A DNA stretch of 64,000 bases from Vicinamibacteria bacterium (lineage in GTDB: Bacteria > Acidobacteriota > Vicinamibacteria > Marinacidobacterales > Marinacidobacteraceae). Both the position numbers and the translations under genes were made by a program. The stretch spans positions 352,001 through 416,000 of the forward strand of contig OY729431.1 of NCBI GenBank assembly GCA_963422395.1. Reading direction: 5' to 3'. Positions within the stretch are counted from its first letter, which is position 1. Each line of letters opens with the position of its first letter. This document shows positions 57,580-64,000 of this stretch, piece by piece. The notes beneath the pieces were generated by a model, which was not told where the DNA came from, did no database searches, and was given only the letters and a program-made list of their open reading frames with translations.

Positions 57580-57948
57580 ATGTCGAAGTGGTTGGTGCCC
57601 CTCTTGGCGTGGCTCGGCGCCGTGGTGGTGGCTGGCGCCGTGGTGCTCGTGTGGACCCATGTGGTCTTTTCCTCGGCATCGAGAATCGGAGGCGAACAGG
57701 CGACCGTCATCAGCGCGGTGTCGCTTCAGGTTGCGCTGTTGGCGGTGTTCTTCCTGGTCGTGACCTTCGGCCTCGCTACGCTTGGTTTCCTGGGTTATCG
57801 GCAGATCGAAGGTCGCGCCGTCGAAGAAGCGAAGAGGGAGGCAAAGCTTGTTGCGGAAAAAGTGGTGTTTAGCGAGCGCCTGCCGATCGAGGGGCAGCCC
57901 CAAAAGGAGAAGGAGACGGAGAATCGCGAAGAGGAGGGCGAAGCATGA
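57580..57948 (+). CDS. Small two-TM membrane protein with charged C-terminal tail
   Basis: Two hydrophobic helices, GFLGY..I, then a Glu/Lys-rich tail. ATGA overlap with the next gene. Confidence 0.7.
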   Translation: MSKWLVPLLAWLGAVVVAGAVVLVWTHVVFSSASRIGGEQATVISAVSLQVALLAVFFLVVTFGLATLGFLGYRQIEGRAVEEAKREAKLVAEKVVFSERLPIEGQPQKEKETENREEEGEA

Positions 57949-58448
57949 CGAAAAGCCAATGCCATGAGGTCATTCGCGGGCATCAGAATGATCCTCCGGT
58001 ACAAATGATTCCGATCGCCGAAGAGTTGGGGATCAGTGTCTTCCGGGTCAAGGGCTGGCCGGACGAAGTATCCGGTCAGATCATCCGGGATCCGAAGGAC
58101 GGCGGGTCCAGAGGGTATGCGATCAATACGAATGCCGGCCACGCTGTGACTCGGCGCCGTTTCACCATCGCCCACGAAATCGCTCACTTCGTCCTCCATC
58201 GTCACCTCATCGGCGACGGGATCCAGGACGATGCTCTCTATCGCAGCGGCATCGGGAGTCCGCTCGAAGCGGAAGCGAACCGGCTCGCCGCGGACATCCT
58301 CATGCCGTGGCATCTCGTTCGCGGTGCAATCCGGGGCGGCTCCGAATCGGTGGAGACGCTCGCCCGCCGGTTCCATGTCTCCCGCAGCGCCATGTCCATC
58401 CGCCTCGGCGTTCCCTGGGAGGGGATCGAGACTCGAGTGGACGAGTGA
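57945..58448 (+). CDS. ImmA/IrrE-family metallo-endopeptidase
   Basis: RRRFTIAHEIAHFVLH, EAEANRLAADILMP, LARRF.VS..AM.IRL. Confidence 0.9.
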   Translation: MTKSQCHEVIRGHQNDPPVQMIPIAEELGISVFRVKGWPDEVSGQIIRDPKDGGSRGYAINTNAGHAVTRRRFTIAHEIAHFVLHRHLIGDGIQDDALYRSGIGSPLEAEANRLAADILMPWHLVRGAIRGGSESVETLARRFHVSRSAMSIRLGVPWEGIETRVDE

Positions 58449-58557
58449 TCCTGTCGGAAGGGGCGATTCGAAGGGATTGCCGTCCGTGGACAGTGCCGAC
58501 CGAAACTGCGAGAATTTCGTGTGCGCCCCGGCAAGCTGCCCGCCGGCTGGCAGCGGA

Positions 58558-59763
58558 TCAACGGAGCGCCGATCCTCCGATCTGCTGACGCCGCCCAGTC
58601 TTCTCCCCGAACCGGTGGCGGTGGTCCTCCTGGGCGAACCGGTCGGTCATCCCGGCGATGTAGTCGCAGACCACCCGCTCCGCTGAAGACGCCTCCGGAG
58701 AGGTGCCGATCCGGCACCGGAAGTGCTCCGGCAGATCGCCGCGGGTTTCGAGGTAGTGGCGGAAGAGATCGGGGAGCAGGCAGGTTCCGGCCCGGGTCGC
58801 CTGGACGACGCGGGGGTGCCGGTAGAGCCGTTTCCCCAGAACATCCTTCAACTCGATGAGCTCGCGTTCGCCGGTGGAGGGCAGTGCCACGAGCGGGTCC
58901 GCCCGCCGAAGCGGCGCCTCGGGCCCGCCCGCTCCCGGCGCCTCGACTCCCGAACTCCGGATCCGGAGTTCGGTTTCGCCGATGAGCTGGACCACCAGGT
59001 CGGAGATCACCCCGCGCAGGAGCTGGCGCACCCGAACCCGCCGATCGGTCTGCGGAAGGCTGCCGGCAGCTGGCCAGTGCCGACGGAAGAGCGCGGCTTC
59101 TTCGAGGTCGGCAACCGCGATCAGACCCGACGCGAGCCCGTCTTCCAGGTCGTGGGCGCTGTAGGCGATCTCGTCGGCGAGGTCGGCCAGCTGCGCTTCG
59201 AGGGGCGGCGAAGCGAGTCCGGCGAGATCCTCCGGGACGAAGCCGGCCCGGCTCGAGTGCGCGAACACGCCGTGGCGGGTCTCCCGGGTCAGGTTCAGCC
59301 CCGGGAAGTCCGGATAGGCGCGTTCGAGGCGGTCCACGATCCGGTAGGACTGGATGTTGTGTTCGAAACCGCCGTGGTCCTGCATCAGGTCGTCGAGGAC
59401 CTTCTCGCCGGCGTGCCCGAAAGGGGTGTGTCCGAGGTCGTGCGCCAGCGCGACGGCTTCCGTCAGGTCCTCGTTCAGCCGCAGCGCCCGTGCGGCAGTG
59501 CGGGCGATCTGGGCGACTTCGAGGGTGTGGGTGAGCCGGGTCCGGTAATGGTCCCCCTCGTGGTTGATGAAGACCTGGGTCTTGTACTGGAGCCGCCGGA
59601 AGGCGCTCGAATGGATGATCCGGTCCCGGTCCCGCTGGTAGGCGGTGCGCTGCGGCTGCGCCGGCTCGGGGCAGAGCCGTCCTGCAGAACAGGCGCTCCG
59701 CTGTGCGGCAGGTCGAAGCCGCGCCGCTTCCTCGGCCTCGAAGAACTCCCGTGCCCGAGGCAT
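58558..59763 (-). CDS. dgt: Deoxyguanosinetriphosphate triphosphohydrolase
   Basis: QRDRDRIIHSSAFRRLQYKTQVF, RTRLTHTLEV, AHDLGHTPFGHAGE, DYIAGMTD. Confidence 0.95.
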   Translation of the reverse strand: MPRAREFFEAEEAARLRPAAQRSACSAGRLCPEPAQPQRTAYQRDRDRIIHSSAFRRLQYKTQVFINHEGDHYRTRLTHTLEVAQIARTAARALRLNEDLTEAVALAHDLGHTPFGHAGEKVLDDLMQDHGGFEHNIQSYRIVDRLERAYPDFPGLNLTRETRHGVFAHSSRAGFVPEDLAGLASPPLEAQLADLADEIAYSAHDLEDGLASGLIAVADLEEAALFRRHWPAAGSLPQTDRRVRVRQLLRGVISDLVVQLIGETELRIRSSGVEAPGAGGPEAPLRRADPLVALPSTGERELIELKDVLGKRLYRHPRVVQATRAGTCLLPDLFRHYLETRGDLPEHFRCRIGTSPEASSAERVVCDYIAGMTDRFAQEDHRHRFGEKTGRRQQIGGSALR

Positions 59764-59820
59764 GTCGTCAGAGCTCCGCCGTTCGTTCGGAACTCACGGA
59801 GAGGCGTGCGAAAGGAAGAG

Positions 59821-60732
59821 TTAGCCGGGCGCGTAGTAGCCCAGCTTGGTGCGGACCCGGAGGTCCGGACGGTTCGTCTGCACCACGATGCGCCGCCAGG
59901 CGCCGTCCTGTCTCGGGTTGTTCGAGATGTAGCCGATGTTGTACTGGCTCTTCAGTTCCTCGGCGATCCGGTCGTACACCGATTCCAGTTCGGCGAGTTC
60001 CGTCGGAAAGAACCACTGCCCGCCGGTCTCTTCGGCGAGGTTCTTGAGCACATGCTCTGCTTCGGAGAAGCGCCGGCCGCGGCGGCGGGTAGTGTTCTGG
60101 AGCGAGATGGAATAGACCACCACATCGGTGTCCTTGGTGAGATCGAGTACCTGTTCGAAGGTCACGAGCGAGCTGGTATCCCGGCCGTCGGACAGCAGGA
60201 TGATCGCCTGCCGCCGCGCCTCCATCCGTTGCCGCTCGAGGGAGCGCAGCGAGATGTACATCGCGTTGTGGAGCTTCGTGGTGCCGCCCGCCTGGGTCCT
60301 CCGGATCGCCCGTTCGAGCTCCGAAGGGTCGTTCGTGAACTGCTGGAGGATGTTCGCGTGGCTGCCGAACTCGACCACCTGCGCCACATCCTCCACCCGC
60401 AGGGTCTTCGTGAAGCGGACCGCCGCCTCCTGGGCGAAGTGCATCTTGTCCACCATGCTGGCCGAGGTGTCGAGCAGCAGCACCATGCGGATGGGCAGGT
60501 CCTCTCGCGAGAAGGCCTCGATCTGCTGGAGGATGCCGTCTTCGTATACCGAGAAGTCCGGTTCGAGCAGATCGGTGACGAAGCGGTCGCGCCCATCGGT
60601 GACCGTGACATTCAGCGAGATCAGGTCCACGGTGACCCGAAACTGATAGGCCTGCTGGAGCAGCGAGCCTGCCGCTGCGGTGAGTCCGCCGGCGGCGAGG
60701 CCGGCGAAGAGAAACACTGCACCGGTCCGCAT
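59821..60732 (-). CDS. Acidobacterial-type VWA-domain protein
   Basis: FRV.VDL....VTVTD, YEDG..Q.I, MIDAS DTSAS, LSDG.D, LAEETGG, QY.IGY. Confidence 0.88.
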   Translation of the reverse strand: MRTGAVFLFAGLAAGGLTAAAGSLLQQAYQFRVTVDLISLNVTVTDGRDRFVTDLLEPDFSVYEDGILQQIEAFSREDLPIRMVLLLDTSASMVDKMHFAQEAAVRFTKTLRVEDVAQVVEFGSHANILQQFTNDPSELERAIRRTQAGGTTKLHNAMYISLRSLERQRMEARRQAIILLSDGRDTSSLVTFEQVLDLTKDTDVVVYSISLQNTTRRRGRRFSEAEHVLKNLAEETGGQWFFPTELAELESVYDRIAEELKSQYNIGYISNNPRQDGAWRRIVVQTNRPDLRVRTKLGYYAPG

Positions 60733-60805
60733 CACCCGCCGCGAGCCCCCGGGGACTCGACCGGAGGGGCGGGATTCCATAGGCGACTCGCTATTCTGAC
60801 GCATA

Positions 60806-61357
60806 TTGTCCGGCCCTGAATCCGCTGCTTCCGAGCCATCCGCCGAACCGAACACTGCCGCAGTGCTGACCGCGAGCGATGGCTGCGCTGCAGGCGTCGT
60901 CCCTGACCGCTCGGGCGCCCTCGCCCGCGAAATCCTCGAGGAGATGGGTTTCCGGGTGGTGGATTCGGAGATCGTGCCGGATGAAGTGGAGGCTGTTCGG
61001 GAGCGGGTCCGGGATTGGTCCCGGCGCGGAATTCGGTTGGTGGTGACCACCGGAGGGACCGGCCTCGGCCCCCGCGACCGGACTCCGGAGGCGGTGCGGC
61101 CGCTGCTGGATCGGGAGATTCCGGGCTACGGGGAGCTGCTCCGCAGCGAAGGGCTCCGGGAGACCCGGATGGCAGTGCTCGCCCGGAGCCTCGCTGGCTC
61201 CATCGGGAGCACGCTGGTGATCGTGCTGCCGGGCAGTCCGCGGGCTGTCGAGAGCGGCCTTCGGACCCTCGCCCCCACGATCCCGCACGCACTGGCACTT
61301 CTCGCCGGGGACACCGCACACGGTGGTCGGTCCGAGCGGTCCGGGAGCGGGGCGTGA
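60806..61357 (+). CDS. MogA/MoaB molybdenum cofactor biosynthesis protein
   Basis: LT.SD......DRSG, IVPDE, TTGGTGLGPRD.TPEA, LPGSP.AV. Confidence 0.9.
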   Translation: MSGPESAASEPSAEPNTAAVLTASDGCAAGVVPDRSGALAREILEEMGFRVVDSEIVPDEVEAVRERVRDWSRRGIRLVVTTGGTGLGPRDRTPEAVRPLLDREIPGYGELLRSEGLRETRMAVLARSLAGSIGSTLVIVLPGSPRAVESGLRTLAPTIPHALALLAGDTAHGGRSERSGSGA

Positions 61358-61361
61358 GGTC

Positions 61362-61521
61362 GGGGTTGTGTTTTGCACCCTCGTGGGATGAACGGGGACG
61401 CCCCGCTTCCGGACCGCCCGGCGCTCCGCGCCGGGAATCCGAATTGCTGCCGGCGGCAGCGAGTTCGGATTCTGAGTCACGAGTTCGTTAAGGGGGGTGG
61501 GCCCCCTTTCACACATACCCC
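61362..61521. ncRNA. Candidate structured non-coding element of unknown class
   Basis: Terminal stem 61362-61371/61511-61521 encloses CTCGTG/CACGAG and three further hairpins. No credible ORF. Confidence 0.4.
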
Positions 61522-61661
61522 CGCTGCGCCGCGCCCGAGCTGGAGGCTCGGTCGCAACGGGTGTTTTTGGGCCGCGGCCGGGAATCGCGTGGGGTCTCCC
61601 CTTGGGCTGATAGGATGACCCGTTCCCTGCAGCGCGTCCGGCGCTGCACTGCAACCCCGCG

Positions 61662-61994
61662 ATGACACCCGAGGAACTTCGCCTCCATGAGCAGAACCTG
61701 CTCGCCAAGAAGGCGGACATCGAGAAGCTCGTCCATACCCGAGCCTTTTCCAGAACTCCTCCCCACGGGGACGACGGGGACCGTTCTCTGGCGGCGACCG
61801 ACGACGAGATCGTGATCCAGCTCCAGCAGAACGACGCCAAGTTGCTGCGGGCGATCGAGAAGGCCCTCGCCCGGATCGAAACCGGAGAATTCGGAATCTG
61901 CTCCGATTGCGAGGAGGAGATCCCGCGCGCGCGCCTAGAGGCGGTGCCCTGGACCCGGGTCTGCGTCGCCTGCAAGGAACGCCAGTACTCCTGA
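61662..61994 (+). CDS. TraR/DksA C4 zinc-finger protein
   Basis: DxxD tip (DDGD), I.KAL.RI..G.FGICSDC.EEI...RLEAVPW...CVAC. Confidence 0.92.
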   Translation: MTPEELRLHEQNLLAKKADIEKLVHTRAFSRTPPHGDDGDRSLAATDDEIVIQLQQNDAKLLRAIEKALARIETGEFGICSDCEEEIPRARLEAVPWTRVCVACKERQYS

Positions 61995-62022
61995 CCGGCG
62001 CGCCGAGGGCCGCCTGAATCCT

Positions 62023-62814
62023 GTGGATCTGGGAATCGCGGGGAGGGTCGCCGTAGTCGCCGCCGCAAGCCGGGGGCTCGGACGCGCAGTCGCCGAGGCG
62101 CTCGGGGCCGAGGGAGTCCGTCTGGCGATCGGAGCGCGCGGCGAGGAGACGCTCGAACGGACCGCGGCAGCCATTCGTAAACGCCACGGCGTGGAGGTCC
62201 TCGCCCATCGGGTGGATGTGGGCGATCCTGACGCTACTGCCGGATTCGTGCGTGCCGCGGAGGATCGTTTCGGCCAGGTGGACATCCTGGTCACGAACGC
62301 CGGCGGTCCGCCGCCGACCCGGCTTCGGGACACCACCCCCGAGCAGTGGCGGAGTGCGATCGAGGAGAACCTGCTCTCCTGCGTCCACCTCGTCCGCGCC
62401 GCGCTCCCGGGAATGACCCGGCGCCGCTGGGGCCGCATCCTCGCCATCGCTTCGGTTTCGGTGAAGCAGCCGGTTCCGGACATCATCCTCTCGAACACCG
62501 CCCGTTCCGGGATCGCCGGATTCATGAAGTCGGTTGCGAACGAAGCGGCGCCCCACGGGGTGCTCGCCAATGTGCTGTGCCCGGGATACACTCGGACCGA
62601 CCGGCTCGTGGAGCTCGCCGATCAGCTGGCGAAGGCGCGGAGAGTTCCCGCCGCCGCGGTGTACGCCGAATGGGCGGCGGACATTCCGCTCGGAAGAGTG
62701 GGCGAACCCGAGGAGTTCGGCGCCGCGGCCGCCTTCCTCGCCTCCGAACGCGCTAGTTACATCACCGGAACCGTCCTGGCGGTGGACGGCGGCCACATCC
62801 GGAGCGTTACCTGA
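62023..62814 (+). CDS. SDR-family oxidoreductase
   Basis: AASRGLG, DILVTNAGGPP, LSN.AR, PG.T.TDR, YITG....VDGG. Confidence 0.92.
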   Translation: MDLGIAGRVAVVAAASRGLGRAVAEALGAEGVRLAIGARGEETLERTAAAIRKRHGVEVLAHRVDVGDPDATAGFVRAAEDRFGQVDILVTNAGGPPPTRLRDTTPEQWRSAIEENLLSCVHLVRAALPGMTRRRWGRILAIASVSVKQPVPDIILSNTARSGIAGFMKSVANEAAPHGVLANVLCPGYTRTDRLVELADQLAKARRVPAAAVYAEWAADIPLGRVGEPEEFGAAAAFLASERASYITGTVLAVDGGHIRSVT

Positions 62815-63010
62815 ACGAAGGCTCAGGGGCCGAGAGACAGGCGTGTGAACAGCTCTGCCGATGGGTGTTCGACCGGTTCTCCTGCCGAAGTCTTGCCGGG
62901 AGTGTCCGATCATCGAGGCGGGCGTCCGTGATCCGCCATGCCCTTCCGACTGAGTGCGAGGTTTCCCATGACGCGATGAAGATCGCGGGTGCTCAGCGGA
63001 CCGTGCTGCC

Positions 63011-63622
63011 TTAGAGCGTAGGAAATTGCTCGGGCGAGGATCGTCGGAGCGCCGCGATCGTTCGTGCGAGACTGGGGGAGCGGCAGGAGGCGCGCTCGGG
63101 GTCCCAGCGGGTGGCGGCGAATGCGATGACCCGGCTCGTGTACTCGGGGCCGACCTCTCGCCCGCTGCCCGGACGGGGAGTCATCGCCCGGCGAATATCC
63201 TGTCGCCGAGAACGGCCGCAGGCGGCCACCAGGTCGCGTTTCGGGTCTTCCCGGCTGTCTGGATGGTCGGGGAGATGTTTCCTGGCTACGGAGAATTCGT
63301 CGGCGAAACCCGCATCATCCGCGAGTAGCCAACTCTCCGAGGCTCGAACGACGATCCGGAGATGCAGTCCCGGTGCGATCTCTTCCCCGGCCAGCAGATG
63401 GCGGACCAGCGCCGAGGCGCAAGGAGCATCGTGATCGAGGTCGCGGAGGATCAGCCAGCTCATTCTGACAGCCGATCGGTTCAGCCCCGGAATCTTCGGG
63501 TCCAGCTTCGTCTTGCCTCCGGCTTCGATGGGCTCGAACGGTTCTCGTCCGACGAGCCGAAGAATCCGTTCGGCGATGGGGACATCGGTCTGCCCTTCCA
63601 CCGCGACCCGGACCGCGGTCAT
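63011..63622 (-). CDS. DUF4276-family TOPRIM-like protein
   Basis: VAVEGQTD, GGK, LRDLD.D..C, VR..ESWLLAD, DPK, SPSL. ATGA coupling to the ATPase. Confidence 0.8.
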   Translation of the reverse strand: MTAVRVAVEGQTDVPIAERILRLVGREPFEPIEAGGKTKLDPKIPGLNRSAVRMSWLILRDLDHDAPCASALVRHLLAGEEIAPGLHLRIVVRASESWLLADDAGFADEFSVARKHLPDHPDSREDPKRDLVAACGRSRRQDIRRAMTPRPGSGREVGPEYTSRVIAFAATRWDPERASCRSPSLARTIAALRRSSPEQFPTL

Positions 63623-64000
63623 GTTTCGGTGAGTCGGAACGGAAGCTTCCGGATCCCTTTCGGGGCCGTCTTCGGCGCCGCGATGTCCGCGAGGCTCAGG
63701 CCGGCGTCGAGTAGCTGCTGGACATCGGACATCGAGTCGAGTGTCTTGGCCTCGGTCCCTTCGGCGCCCGGAATCAGCAGCACCACCTCGTCCTTGCCCA
63801 GCCCCTCGTCGTGCAGCATCTCCTTCGAATGGGTCGTCAGCAGGACCTGCGGCCCGCCGGCGGCACGGACCCGGCTGAGGATTCCCGGCAGCTCGCGGAC
63901 CACCGCCGCGTGGAGCGATAGTTCGGGCTCTTCGAGCAGCAGCGGGCTGCCCCCTCCTCTCTTCTTCGACGCGGCCAGCACCGACCACAACAATCCGATC
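63619..64000 (-). CDS. AAA/ABC-type ATPase (AAA_21-like), C-terminal part; 5' end outside window
   Basis: LLLEEPELSLH, QVLLTTHS. Confidence 0.8.
   Translation of the reverse strand, partial: IGLLWSVLAASKKRGGGSPLLLEEPELSLHAAVVRELPGILSRVRAAGGPQVLLTTHSKEMLHDEGLGKDEVVLLIPGAEGTEAKTLDSMSDVQQLLDAGLSLADIAAPKTAPKGIRKLPFRLTET

Noticed and set aside
57560-57582. GGTTCGAGTC T-loop-like sequence as a tRNA or att site
   Set aside because: No T-stem register, acceptor stem or CCA end, and no second copy.
58445-58480. Degenerate GTCATCCTGAGC-type REP repeat after the IrrE gene
   Set aside because: Too many mismatches, and no second copy in the window.
58558-59763. dGTPase as an anti-phage nucleotide-depletion system
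   Set aside because: It has host-like codon usage, canonical housekeeping Dgt motifs and sits co-oriented with a core VWA gene.
61390-61480. TPP or Moco riboswitch, or SRP RNA
   Set aside because: CTGAG is present but the ACCTGAT/GCGNAGG elements are missing. It lies downstream, not upstream, of mogA/moaB, and there is no GGAAGCAG SRP motif.
122-64000. Integron cassette array as the source of the islets
   Set aside because: No attC-type RYYYAAC...GTTRRRY sites or intI found, and the islets are separated by core genes.

Overview
High-GC bacterial chromosomal segment of about 55 CDS, with no rRNA, tRNA, CRISPR array, integrase or transposase that I can see. The gene content points to Acidobacteriota, possibly a host- or sponge-associated lineage (inference): GWxTD-TPR protein, two carboxypeptidase-regulatory-domain TonB-dependent receptors, several MacB-type permeases, CRTAC1/ASPIC-UnbV, sulfatase-TPR, acidobacterial VWA protein and a Gld-like ABC system. 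Housekeeping and metabolic genes (polA 3' end, CoA-transferase, aminotransferases, ogt, cyclophilin, dcp, ALDH7, dgt, MogA/MoaB, TraR/DksA) are interleaved with small isolated defence/TA islets: MAD3-like ATPase with truncated MAD4, Fic, RHH-MazF, 2TM+ImmA/IrrE, and AAA+DUF4276. Several intergenic gaps carry 20-65 aa relics of lost genes. The best novelty candidates are: (1) a 14.3-21.8 kb envelope locus with two atypical MacB permeases, an M20 lipoprotein with altered metal ligands, a DUF885-like zincin and a His/Met-rich lipoprotein; (2) a highly structured ~160-nt non-coding element before traR/dksA; (3) the 2TM-ImmA/IrrE islet; (4) strong avoidance of the tetramer ACGT. All family calls come from motif recognition by eye, not database searches.
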